Positions 52,712-62,482 of a DNA stretch of 64,000 nt are shown here, piece by piece. The notes below the pieces were generated by a model, which searched no databases, had not been told where the DNA came from, and saw nothing but the letters and a program-made list of their open reading frames with translations. This DNA comes from an uncultured delta proteobacterium (GTDB taxonomy: Bacteria; Desulfobacterota; Binatia; UBA9968): the NCBI GenBank assembly GCA_963727625.1, contig CAVSHR010000005.1:416001-480000 (forward strand). The letters run 5' to 3'. Every line of letters starts with the position of its first letter. Within the stretch, counting starts at the first letter, position 1. Position numbers and translations under genes: made by a program.

Positions 52712-53506
52712 ATGAAACGAACTTTTATCTGGCTGATTCCGCTCATCGTGCTTGGCGCGGTCGCGGGGATTTATTTCTGGCCCGAGAATCAAAAGCCGTT
52801 ACCCCAAGCCGTTTCGACACCCGCGCCCGCCGTCGAACCGGCGATTCGCCACCCCGTCGAAACCGTCGAGACTCCTGGAGAGCCCTTGCCGCCCCTGGCG
52901 CAGAGCGACGGCGCCTTGCGCGACGCGTTGGCAGCCCTGCTTGGGCACAACCTTCCTAAGTTTGTCTATTTAGATAATCTGGTTCACCGAATCGTGGCCA
53001 CCGTGGACAATTTGCCGCGGGATTACGTGGCGCCGCGATTAATGCCGGTAAAGCCCGTCACCGGGCTTCCGATCACCGTAAACAGCGGCGACACGCTTGC
53101 CCTCAGCCCGGAAAATGCCGCGCGTTACCGGCCCTATATGCGCCTGGCGGAAGCGCTGCCCGCCGACGCGCTCGTGGGAATATACTCGCGCTTCTACCCG
53201 TTGTTCCAGGAGCAGTACGAGAAGCTGGGTTATCCGGGCAAGTATTTCAACGATCGCGTCATCGAGGTGATCGATCATCTGCTGGCTGCGCCGGAGATCG
53301 ACGGACCACTGCGCCTCGTTCAACCCAAAGTTCTTTACCAGTTCGCCGATCCGAAGCTGGAAAAGCTTTCGGCGGGACAGAAACTCTTATTGAGAATGGG
53401 CCGCGCCAATGAGCTCAAGCTGAAAGAGAAACTCCGGGAAATTCGCCAGGCGCTGGTGTCGAAGGCGCCGGCAAGCGCAGTAGGCGACCACGATTCGCGA
53501 TCTTAG
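52712..53506 (+). CDS. DUF3014-family membrane-anchored protein
   Basis: N-terminal TM, VATVDNL, NAARYRPY, LGYP, FADPKLEKLSAGQKLLLRMG. Confidence 0.85.
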   Translation: MKRTFIWLIPLIVLGAVAGIYFWPENQKPLPQAVSTPAPAVEPAIRHPVETVETPGEPLPPLAQSDGALRDALAALLGHNLPKFVYLDNLVHRIVATVDNLPRDYVAPRLMPVKPVTGLPITVNSGDTLALSPENAARYRPYMRLAEALPADALVGIYSRFYPLFQEQYEKLGYPGKYFNDRVIEVIDHLLAAPEIDGPLRLVQPKVLYQFADPKLEKLSAGQKLLLRMGRANELKLKEKLREIRQALVSKAPASAVGDHDSRS

Positions 53507-53635
53507 ATCGATGGTGCAAGGATTTCCCATCGCAGAAACCCGGGTGTGGCGAGAGCTTCACCTCTCGTCGGCAATCGTCATAAACGACGCGCTTGAAGGG
53601 ATTGAACGATTTGAACCGGCGGAGTTTTGGCGGCC

Positions 53636-54517
53636 TTACAAAGTCGTGACCGCGGGGATAATTTCTTTCCCCATCAATTCGATCGGCCCGATCTCGTGAA
53701 CTCCCGGCATAGCTACAATCAGGTGTCGAATACCGGCGTCGCTGACGCCGCGGCAATACTCGATCGCCTGGCGCACGCTCATTGCGCCGTTGCGGAGATC
53801 CATACTGCCGATTGCAGTTCGCTCGATTTCATCGTACGGCCGGCCGATCAAGTCGCATTGCCGGCGCAGGACGTCGAGCTTGGCGCGGACGGCGGCCGCC
53901 CCGTCCTGCGCGTAGAGATTGCACGCGTCGGCGTACCTGGCGACCAGCGGCAGCGTGCGCTTCTCGCCGACGCCGCCGATCATGATCGGCGGATGCGGCT
54001 TGGCAATCGGTTGCGGCGAATTGAGCGTTTCGACCAATTGGTAATGCTTGCCATTAAACGGTCCAGCTTTGCCCGACCACATTTGCAGCGCTATCTGGAT
54101 GGTTTCTTCGAGCCGTTCGAAGCGCTCTTTCATCGGCGGAAACGGCACGCCGAGGGCACGCGCCTCGCGCTCGAACCACGCCGCGCCGATGCCGAAATAA
54201 CTCCGGCCGCCGGAAAGCACATCGAGTGTGGTCGCGGTTTTGAGGAGAATCCCCGGGTAGCGATAGATCACGCCGGTGACCAGCGTGCCAAGGCGAATTC
54301 TTTGAGTTACCGCGGCGAGAAAATTGAGCGTGCTGTAACCTTCGAGCATCGCTTCCTCCGGCTTGCCGATCTGCGCGATCTGAAAAAAGTGGTCCATCAC
54401 CCACAGGCTTGCAAAGCCGGCTTCTTCCGCCGCCTGTCCGATGCGCGCCAGCGTCGGACCGATCTGCTCTGCACCACCCGGCCAGGTGAACGAAGGTATC
54501 GTCAGCCCCAGTTTCAT
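53636..54517 (-). CDS. LLM-class F420-dependent oxidoreductase (Rv1855c-like)
   Basis: WVMDHFFQI, LVTGVIYRYP, LDVLSGGR, IMIGGVGEKRTL.LVARYADACN. Confidence 0.9.
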   Translation of the reverse strand: MKLGLTIPSFTWPGGAEQIGPTLARIGQAAEEAGFASLWVMDHFFQIAQIGKPEEAMLEGYSTLNFLAAVTQRIRLGTLVTGVIYRYPGILLKTATTLDVLSGGRSYFGIGAAWFEREARALGVPFPPMKERFERLEETIQIALQMWSGKAGPFNGKHYQLVETLNSPQPIAKPHPPIMIGGVGEKRTLPLVARYADACNLYAQDGAAAVRAKLDVLRRQCDLIGRPYDEIERTAIGSMDLRNGAMSVRQAIEYCRGVSDAGIRHLIVAMPGVHEIGPIELMGKEIIPAVTTL

Positions 54518-54692
54518 GACCACGTCTCTCCTTTCCAAAGCGAAGGGCGAACGCAGGCGCGATGATTCGGTTCATCCCAGCAGGTCTGAACGCGTGCCAA
54601 AGCAAACCTAGCGGCAGTCTTGTCACGAGCAGGATCCCCTGACGGGAGTCGCTTTCGAACCGGCGCGCGACGCGGCGGCCACAACGAAGCTT

Positions 54693-56159
54693 TTAGCTTT
54701 TGTTCTCTTCCGGATCGTAACTACCGAGACAGCGGTCGACCAAGGCTTCCGCGGCCGCCCAATCGAAGGCGCGGAACTCACGGCCTTGAATCGCCGCCGG
54801 CTCGCCCGCGTAGAACATTTCGTATTGTAGATGGCGCGAGCCGAATTCCGAGCCGAGCGCGTCCCACAGAAGCTTTAAGATCTTCACCCGCTCGCGGCCG
54901 CTCGCTTTCGGCCAGCGCAAGTAGCGCTCGATGTCCGCCGAGGACCCGGGCGCAGTTAGCTCGCCGACCGTCGCCGGAAGCTGGATCAGGCTTCCGCCCA
55001 TCAGTCCGCGGAACTGGTTGAGCAGCATCGGATACATCGCCTGCTGAAACAGCTGACTGGCGTATAGTAGAGAATCCTTGGGACGCATCACGCCGAATTG
55101 GTCGGGCTCCGCCGCGGCCTCGGCGCCGAGGATCATTCCTTCCACCAGCGAGACGCGGCTAGCGAGATCGCCAAGCTGCGCGATGATGTCGCCGCTTGCC
55201 GAGCGGCCGCTCAAATTCATGCAGCGCTTTACCAGCCCGACGAGAAACTGCAGCTTGGCCCAGGAACGGATATGCGACTGGGTGTTGCCCAGCACATGCG
55301 CCGCGGTCACACTGAACTGACCGGTCGTGAGTCCAATATTTTTGTAGATAAAAACGTCTTCCCACGGCACCAAAACGTTGTCGAATATGACCAGCGAATC
55401 GGTTTCGTCGAAGCGGCTCGACAGCGGATAGTCGAATACACTGGTAGCTCCGAGCGCATAGGGCCGCCGCGGGTAAAGCTTCACGCCAGGCGCGCCGGTG
55501 GGCACCACGCAGGAAATCGCGTAGTCTTCGTCGCCGGGCTTGAGCGGCAAGATCACCGAAACGAATATGTAATCGGACATCAGCGAGCCCGTGCCGAGCA
55601 TCTGCGCGCCGCGAACGACGATGCCGCTGTCACGCTCCTCGGCGACGCCGGCGTAGAGATACGGCTCGGCCTGCTGATGTGCCGGCTTGGCGCGGTCCAC
55701 GGTGGGATGGACGATGACGTAGCTGACATAAAGATCTTCGTCAGCAGCCTTGGCGGCGAAACGAAAAAGGTTGTCGGCAAACTGCTGCCCGCCGCGCGCG
55801 AAGAATTCGGACGAGCCGGCGAAGCCGGCGAAAAACGAAGCGACATGATCGGGCGAGCGGCCGAGAAATCCGTAACTCGCATCCGCCCAGAATTTGATCG
55901 CGCGCCGGCGCGCCGCCAGATCTTCCCGTGTGCGCGGCACCAGCCAGGACTTATTGATCGGTCGGCCATCGCGCGGCGACAGGTAGGTCATCTGCTCGCG
56001 GTTGGCTGGATCGTGGGCGAGATCGTAGAGCTTCGCAACGGTGCGAACCCCGGCGGCGAAGGCCGGATGCTTCGTCACATCGGCCACGCGCTCGCCGCCG
56101 AGCAGCACCCTGCGGCCATCGCGCAGACCGCGCACATACTCACTGCCGCTCCGAGTCAT
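54693..56159 (-). CDS. 4-hydroxyphenylacetate 3-hydroxylase-family oxygenase (HpaB-like)
   Basis: LRDGR, GRSPDH, VVRGAQMLGT, FDYPLSSRFDETD, RHLQYEMFYAG. Confidence 0.92.
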   Translation of the reverse strand: MTRSGSEYVRGLRDGRRVLLGGERVADVTKHPAFAAGVRTVAKLYDLAHDPANREQMTYLSPRDGRPINKSWLVPRTREDLAARRRAIKFWADASYGFLGRSPDHVASFFAGFAGSSEFFARGGQQFADNLFRFAAKAADEDLYVSYVIVHPTVDRAKPAHQQAEPYLYAGVAEERDSGIVVRGAQMLGTGSLMSDYIFVSVILPLKPGDEDYAISCVVPTGAPGVKLYPRRPYALGATSVFDYPLSSRFDETDSLVIFDNVLVPWEDVFIYKNIGLTTGQFSVTAAHVLGNTQSHIRSWAKLQFLVGLVKRCMNLSGRSASGDIIAQLGDLASRVSLVEGMILGAEAAAEPDQFGVMRPKDSLLYASQLFQQAMYPMLLNQFRGLMGGSLIQLPATVGELTAPGSSADIERYLRWPKASGRERVKILKLLWDALGSEFGSRHLQYEMFYAGEPAAIQGREFRAFDWAAAEALVDRCLGSYDPEENKS

Positions 56160-56381
56160 ACGAGCGTCTTATCCCGCAAAGATTCCGAGCAATCAAGTCT
56201 TTTAAGACGATTGAGAAAAAAACGATTGGGCTCGATCGGCGAGCCGCTTGCGAGCCGGCAAGCGGCGCTCTGCACGGCTGGGACGAGAGGTCGAAATATT
56301 GATTGGTGATCCAGACTTGAAGTTCGACAGTTCAGTGAAGCTGGTTTCTCTGAATTAGACAAAGCCGGTCAGGTTGTCGGT

Positions 56382-56717
56382 TCAGATCCTGACGGGCGCC
56401 AGCTTTGGTTTGGACACTTGATCAGTCCAATCTTCGGGCGCGGGCAACATCTTATGCCCGTGCCCTATGCTCCCGGAAAGAAAGTTGTAATCGCAGGCAT
56501 CACAGATCAGCGCCGAAAGCGGCAGTTGCCCCGCGCAGTTGGGGCACTTCTTTAGCGCCGGGACACCCAGTCTTTCAAACATTTGATCGGCCGCGTAATG
56601 ACCCTTCGAGCTGATTCTCGACACAAGGGATTTGAAAAAGCCTACACATTTCGTTTTCGCTGCCAGGATCGCTGAGAGTACGGAGACAGTAAGTGTGTCG
56701 AAATTTTTAGTTATCAT
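56382..56717 (-). CDS. Small hypothetical protein with a zinc-ribbon motif
   Basis: KKCPNC-x10-CDACDYNF; start uncertain (56717 or 56738). Confidence 0.65.
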   Translation of the reverse strand: MITKNFDTLTVSVLSAILAAKTKCVGFFKSLVSRISSKGHYAADQMFERLGVPALKKCPNCAGQLPLSALICDACDYNFLSGSIGHGHKMLPAPEDWTDQVSKPKLAPVRI

Positions 56718-56803
56718 ACGCGCAGACTCGCTCGTCACTGCTGCCGCTACCTTCGAATAAGCTTAATCCTTTGGTTTCACGACCTTATTTATCATTTGCT
56801 TAA

Positions 56804-56819
56804 AGCAAGAAAAATGCCG
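56804..56819 (-). promoter_or_regulatory. Putative sigma-54 promoter for the zinc-ribbon gene
   Basis: Minus strand CGGCATTTTTCTTGCT, GG-N10-GC. Confidence 0.6.
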
Positions 56820-57105
56820 TGCTAAAGTTTTCCTTATGGGCCTAAAAACGATATAAAAATGCACACATGCTCCGATCGATTCTTTTGCCAAACTGCCCCA
56901 ATTGCGCCCATGGATAGAAGAGCGGGTCTTTTCGCCCGTGCCACTGACCGATAGAGGAAATGGGGAAAACTTGTTATAGACGACGCAATCGGCGGGGAAA
57001 CAGTCGGTCGCAACCCAAGTTCAAGCGCCGACTGGCAAAACCCAATCGGGCTGCCCGCCGGCTCAGTGTCATTTGAAGACGGAGTGATCAACCAGGAGGA
57101 AAATC

Positions 57106-57921
57106 ATGGCGCAACATATTCACGGACCGCTTTACTACGAACGGATGGGACGCACCGGGCCGGTGATCGCGTTTGTTCATCCCAACCCGATGGATCAGTC
57201 ATGCTGGATTTTTCAGATGGCGCACCTGTCGACCTGGTACCGCTGCATCGCTATCGACATTCCCGGCTACGGGCGCTCGCCCAAGGCGGATGCCGGGCTG
57301 ACGATGGCCGACATGGCCCAGGCTTGTTGGGAAGCGATCGACGAAGCGGCCCCGGGCGAGCGCGCGATATTGGTCGGCTGTTCGGTGGGCTCCTCGCTGG
57401 CGCCGCACATGTACCACCAGCGCCCCAACCAAACCGCCGCCCTGGTGCTCTCGGGCACGGGCTACAACCCCAACAAGGAATTCACCAAGGGGCGGATCGA
57501 GAATTACACCACCAACGGCATAGACTATCGCTGGGCCTACACGTTCGAGGATTTGAGCGCGTCGTTTCGCACCACGCCGATGGCGCACTTCTTCGCCAAC
57601 CTTTTTACCGAGCGCAACCAGCACGCCGACGTGGAGACGATCATCCACCAGTTCAAAGCGCTGGCCCAGCCCTATCCCGAAGGCCATCACGAGCGCATCG
57701 CCTGCCCGACGATCATCCTGACCGGGAGCGAGGACAACAGCCATCAACGGGCCTTTGCGCTCCAAAAGCTCATACCGAAATGCGAGCTAAGAACCTTGCC
57801 CGGCGCCGGCCACGCCTGCCAGATCGAGCAGCCCTGGCTGTTCAACCGCTTCATGATCGAGTTTCTCGACAAGCACGGCCTGTTCCCGGGCGCCGCCAAA
57901 CCTGCGCGGACTATTGTCTAA
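57106..57921 (+). CDS. Alpha/beta hydrolase
   Basis: AGGAGG RBS; DIPGYGRS, GCSVG, GSED, GAGHACQIEQP. Confidence 0.9.
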   Translation: MAQHIHGPLYYERMGRTGPVIAFVHPNPMDQSCWIFQMAHLSTWYRCIAIDIPGYGRSPKADAGLTMADMAQACWEAIDEAAPGERAILVGCSVGSSLAPHMYHQRPNQTAALVLSGTGYNPNKEFTKGRIENYTTNGIDYRWAYTFEDLSASFRTTPMAHFFANLFTERNQHADVETIIHQFKALAQPYPEGHHERIACPTIILTGSEDNSHQRAFALQKLIPKCELRTLPGAGHACQIEQPWLFNRFMIEFLDKHGLFPGAAKPARTIV

Positions 57922-57964
57922 AATCCGGACCACCGTCGGCCCTTCAAAGCAATGATATAAGATT

Positions 57965-57987
57965 TTCCTATATCACTGATATAGGAA
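57965..57987. promoter_or_regulatory. Perfect AT-rich palindrome (operator-like) upstream of the PLD gene
   Basis: TTCCTATATCA-C-TGATATAGGAA, extendable by flanking TATAA/TTATA. Confidence 0.55.
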
Positions 57988-58114
57988 TTTTATATTGGAC
58001 GCGCTGCTGAATTGGCGATAAAAATCGGAGTCGAAACGGTCGCGAGGGAACGGCGCGACGGGAACCACCAGGAAGGGTTTAGATAAGTTCCACGGAATGC
58101 ATGGGGAGACGGCC

Positions 58115-59836
58115 ATGGCAGGTGAATTTCAGGTCACGGGTCACAATAACGCCGCTTTATTCTCGCTCAAGCTTCACCGCGGTGACGGCATGGCCTTGGT
58201 CGCGATGAATTGGAAGAAAGGCAAACCGCCCGATGATTTCGTCGGCTTTGCGATCGAATACAGGGAGCCGGGCGGCGACAAGTTCTTTGCCTTGAAAAAC
58301 CGCCTTTCCTTCCCGGGACCGGGCGGCGCGGTGGACCCGAATCAGCTTTCGACGATGCGGTCGCCGATCCAAAAGTTCCGTTGGGTCCACTTCCCGCGCA
58401 ACGCCGAACTCCCCGGTGAGTTCGTCTACCGGGTCACGCCGGTCTTTATGAACGAGATGGACGAGCTGAGCCACGGCGAGCCCCAGCAAGCGGCGATCGA
58501 GCTGCGGCGCGAGACCTACCCGGGAAAGCTCAACGTCACCTTCACCCGCGGCTTCGTATCGTCGCAGGCGTTCGTGGATCGGTATGGATCGGAGGCTATT
58601 TCAACCCTCCTCCCTCGGAAGGCGGACCAAGGATTGGAGTTCGTTCCAACCCATCCCAAGACCAAGCAAGCGTTGGCATGGATGGGCTTCGAGGCGCGGA
58701 GCGCGATACTCGAAGTGCTCGATCTGGCAGTTGCCGACAAGAACGCTCAGGTCCGCGTGGTGGCCTATGATCTGAACGAACCCGATATTGTCTCGCGCCT
58801 CCAAAAGCTCGGCAAACGGCTAAAGATCATTATCGACGACGACGGCGCTCACGGAAAGCCGAAGTCGGGAGAGACAAAGGCCGCAAAGCTGCTTTCTGCC
58901 TCCGCTGGGGCGACGAATGTCAAACGGCAGCATATGGGCAAACTACAGCACAACAAGACCATTGTGGTTGACGGCCCGAAGGTAAAGGCCGCCGTGTGCG
59001 GCTCTACCAACTACTCCTGGCGCGGCTTTTTCGTGCAGAATAATAACGCCATCATTCTGCGCGGCAAGAACGCTGTTAAGATCTTCCGCGCGGGATTCGA
59101 CGATTACTGGGCGAACGACGCCGTGGTCGGCTTCGGCAAGACCGGCTCTGCGAACTGGAACAAACTCGGATTGGCCGGGATCGACGCGCAAATCGGGTTT
59201 TCTCCGCGGTTGAAGAAGAATGCGGTGTTGAAGGCAATCGCCGACGACATCGCTAAGAATACTCTCTCCAGCTTGTTCTTTTCACTCGCCTTTCTTTATC
59301 AGACCCCGGGTGCCATCCAGAACGCAGTGAAAAAAATCAAGACAGACGGCAAAATTTTCTCCTACGGCATTTCTGACCATAAGGTCAAAAAGCTTATTGG
59401 CGTCGCCCTGCAGAAGCCCAACGGCAAAGTCACACTGGTTCAACCGGCAGCGCTGAGAAAAAATGTTCCCGAGCCGTTCAAGTCAGAACCCACTGGTGGG
59501 GCTGGCACCCGGATGCATCACAAGTTCGTCGTCATTGATTTCGACAAGCCAACCGCGCGGGTCTACATGGGCTCTTACAACTTCTCTGCGGCAGCAGACA
59601 CCTCGAACGGGGAAAATCTGCTTCTCATCCGTGACCGCCGGATCGCGGTCTCTTACGTTGTCGAGGCGATAAGAATCTTCGACCACTACCATTTCCGCGT
59701 TGTTCAACAGGACGCGAAGAAGGTCAGGAAGAAGCTCCAATTAGCGAAGCCCCCGCGCAAGGCCGGCGAAAAACCCTGGTGGGCCGAGGACTTTACGAAT
59801 CCACGGAAAATTCTCGATCGAAAACTCTTCGCGTAG
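58115..59836 (+). CDS. Phospholipase D-superfamily protein with two HKD motifs
   Basis: GGAG RBS; HNKTIVVD...GSTNYS and HHKFVVID...GSYNFS; no signal peptide. Confidence 0.9.
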   Translation: MAGEFQVTGHNNAALFSLKLHRGDGMALVAMNWKKGKPPDDFVGFAIEYREPGGDKFFALKNRLSFPGPGGAVDPNQLSTMRSPIQKFRWVHFPRNAELPGEFVYRVTPVFMNEMDELSHGEPQQAAIELRRETYPGKLNVTFTRGFVSSQAFVDRYGSEAISTLLPRKADQGLEFVPTHPKTKQALAWMGFEARSAILEVLDLAVADKNAQVRVVAYDLNEPDIVSRLQKLGKRLKIIIDDDGAHGKPKSGETKAAKLLSASAGATNVKRQHMGKLQHNKTIVVDGPKVKAAVCGSTNYSWRGFFVQNNNAIILRGKNAVKIFRAGFDDYWANDAVVGFGKTGSANWNKLGLAGIDAQIGFSPRLKKNAVLKAIADDIAKNTLSSLFFSLAFLYQTPGAIQNAVKKIKTDGKIFSYGISDHKVKKLIGVALQKPNGKVTLVQPAALRKNVPEPFKSEPTGGAGTRMHHKFVVIDFDKPTARVYMGSYNFSAAADTSNGENLLLIRDRRIAVSYVVEAIRIFDHYHFRVVQQDAKKVRKKLQLAKPPRKAGEKPWWAEDFTNPRKILDRKLFA

Positions 59837-59974
59837 GTAGTGGATGAGATTTATTGAAACTACTTTGACAATGACATGATTGGAATGGATCTATTCGCCC
59901 GCGCACCAACTTTGGCGCAAGTCGTCGTGGCCGAGTCGCTTGCGCAATCTATCCAGCCAGAACCTAGCTACCAC

Positions 59975-60000
59975 CCGGAAATGCTCTCTGACCCCAATTA
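59975..60000 (+). repeat. TCTGACCCC junction motif, copy 1
   Basis: ccggaaatgctctctgaccccaatta; 22/26 identical to 60146-60171. Confidence 0.7.
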
Positions 60001-60145
60001 TTGTCTCTGAGAATGAAATTTAGCAAGGGACGTAACGAGGACGGATTGGTCTAATAAACGTTGCAGCTACAAGTGGAAGCGATAACGGGACGATGATGGC
60101 TGGGTGAAACGGACGGCCGACCAAAACAAACTGCAACGGTTTTAA

Positions 60146-60171
60146 CCGAAAATGTTCTCTGACCCCGATTT
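60146..60171 (+). repeat. TCTGACCCC junction motif, copy 2
   Basis: ccgaaaatgttctctgaccccgattt; contains the ATG of ORF 60152. Confidence 0.7.
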
Positions 60172-60547
60172 TTCGCCGATTTTTCAGGCGCCTACGGGAC
60201 TTGCCGGCAGCGTCGGCAACCGCATGCATCACAAGTTCGTCGTCATCGATTTCGACAAGCCGAGCGCGCGGGTTTATCTCGGCTCGTACAACTTCTCCTC
60301 GCCAGCGGATATCAAAAACGGAGAAAACCTGCTTCTCATCCGCGACCGCCGGATCGCAGTCTCCTACACCATCGAAGCGTTGCGCCTCTTCGACCACTAC
60401 CACTTTCGCGTCATTCAAGAAGAGGCCAAGAAAGTCAAAAAGAAACTCACCCTCGCCAAGCCCGCGCGAAATCCGGGCGAAGTGCCCTGGTGGGCCGAGA
60501 ACTTTACTGATCCGCGGAAATTTTTCGATCGTACACTGTTCGCGTAG
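60152..60547 (+). pseudogene. Orphan C-terminal module of a paralogous PLD (single HKD)
   Basis: Hand alignment gives 84/108 identical residues to the end of 58115-59836; frame open, N-terminal ~80% missing. Confidence 0.85.
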
Positions 60548-60670
60548 ATCATGGATCGAAGTTTATTGTAGCGGTTTTGACGAAGTCACGAATAGAAACG
60601 TCACTACTGGCGTCGCCTCTTGCCTTGCGACAATGTGTGACTGCAAGACCTGACCCGAAATCCTCTCCCG

Positions 60671-61336
60671 CTACTCGCCGCACACAACATGTGGAATTTT
60701 CCGTTCGTTAGCCGTGATTGTTTTCGCGAAGGTCAAGGTGCTCGTTGGAATTTTTTCAGAGAATTTGCGGAACACTGTGTTGTAGAAGTTTCTTAAAATG
60801 AAACCTCCGAACGCGAGCGGACTAAGCGGGGAACAGACGGGTATTCGGCAATTCTCATACTGGCCAAGCGTTAAGTGGGAATATGGGTGATGAACATCCA
60901 CGAACTTCGCCGGGTCAGCACTGTAATCGAAACGTACAGGGAAAGCAACGATATTTCTAGCGCTGACATCCGCGTAAATCTCATCTTCTAAATAAGTTTC
61001 GGGGTCATTCTGAAAATGCTCAAGGTCAGGCGACGGGAAATATGAAAGTGAATGCTCGTTTATTATTCCACCTCGAAACCGGTAGCGGAGGGAAATCAAC
61101 GCTCCATCAAGCATCTTGAAATTAAAGCACCGTGCTTTCTCCAGCTCACGATAGATTTCGCGGTATGCCACATTCTTTAATGCGACGCTCATTCCTGCGG
61201 CGTTACTCACGGTAATCTCGAATGCCGCATTGCTACGACCGCGCGTCGCTGGAAAATTTTGTTCATTCGAAAGGCTTAATCCAACGATCGCTTCCGTGAG
61301 ATCTTTGATTTGCTTAAGTGTTTGCTGAGGTGTCAT
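60671..61336 (-). CDS. DUF2290-family protein
   Basis: FKMLDGALI, YFPSP, PVRFDY, HPYSHLTLGQYENCRIPV; ATGA-coupled to the helicase. Confidence 0.85.
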   Translation of the reverse strand: MTPQQTLKQIKDLTEAIVGLSLSNEQNFPATRGRSNAAFEITVSNAAGMSVALKNVAYREIYRELEKARCFNFKMLDGALISLRYRFRGGIINEHSLSYFPSPDLEHFQNDPETYLEDEIYADVSARNIVAFPVRFDYSADPAKFVDVHHPYSHLTLGQYENCRIPVCSPLSPLAFGGFILRNFYNTVFRKFSEKIPTSTLTFAKTITANERKIPHVVCGE

Positions 61337-62482
61337 TTACGCCGAGATTTGGATTTCTTAGCCAGAAATGTCTGAAGTTTCTTCACGAGATTTTCAGGGT
61401 AATCCTCTATAAAACTTTCACCCGATTCCAATGACGCGATAATGTCTGCAAAGTTGTTTCTCCTTTTCGCGCTTCGGTCTAGTTCCGCTTTCGACATATC
61501 ACGGTTTACGGTCTTCATTGTCTTACGCTCGGCCTCTGTCGGATAGCGGAAATGTAGCGCGAAATTCTCTGCCTTCGCCTTGTCGAATTCCTCCTTCAGA
61601 GCGGACATTGCCTTTCCAATCCCGAGAACCCGAACCCACGCTTTAGAGCGCGTAATCGCTGTAAAAAGACGGTTTCGGACGAGGGCAACATCCCGTGGCG
61701 AGAATGCACCAAAGCAGTCGTGAGCGTTGATCACGTAGACCATAGCCGCCTCATTGCCTTTCGCTCGAAATATACCAGTGAAGGTAACCGTCCCCGGCTC
61801 AGTGAAAACATCGGCAATCGTCGTCACGCCAGCAAGATTCGAGTTTATCCCCATCTGCATCAGCGCCCGCCGCGCATCGCCGACTGCATCTTTCGTTTTA
61901 AGCGGATCGGGATTGATGACAACAATATCGTCTGGAATGAGCTCATCGTCGGTCAGATTCCGTTTGATCTCGGCTGCGAGCCATGCAGTTTGCGCCTCCG
62001 CCGTCTCGAAGATCTGGAACTGAATCAAATCTTCGATTGGCGAGTGCTTCTCGAGGAATTCCGGGCTGGATTTTGGTGTGCGACTGAGCCTAACGAGCTC
62101 ACCGTCCTCTATGTCTCCATTGTCCTCTTCATAACCAATATCGAACCAAAGGTTCTTGTTCTCGAAAATTTGGACAAGGCCCTTCTTGCGATAAATCCCA
62201 AATCCAAGAGCATGAGCCGTCGATAAAACTGGTCTGGAGTTGCGATAGCAAGTGTCAAGGATAATATCTTGCTTGGGTTTCCCTATTTCAGAGGGGTGAA
62301 TAATTACCCGTGGCGTTCCATCCGTGCTTTTGCCGAAGATTTCTTCGACCGGTGGAAGAGATCTATTCCCAAGATTCTGCAACTCGTCGTATGCATACAC
62401 TAGGCGTTTTGGATCCTTGAGATATTCGTAACAGAGTAACAAGAAATTCGGTGCAAAATCCTGCGCTTCATCAACTAGGATA

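Noticed and set aside
59500-60547. PLD C-terminus and its copy as a diversity-generating retroelement TR/VR pair
   Set aside because: Differences are not adenine-specific (many C/T and G/C third-position changes) and no reverse transcriptase is in the window
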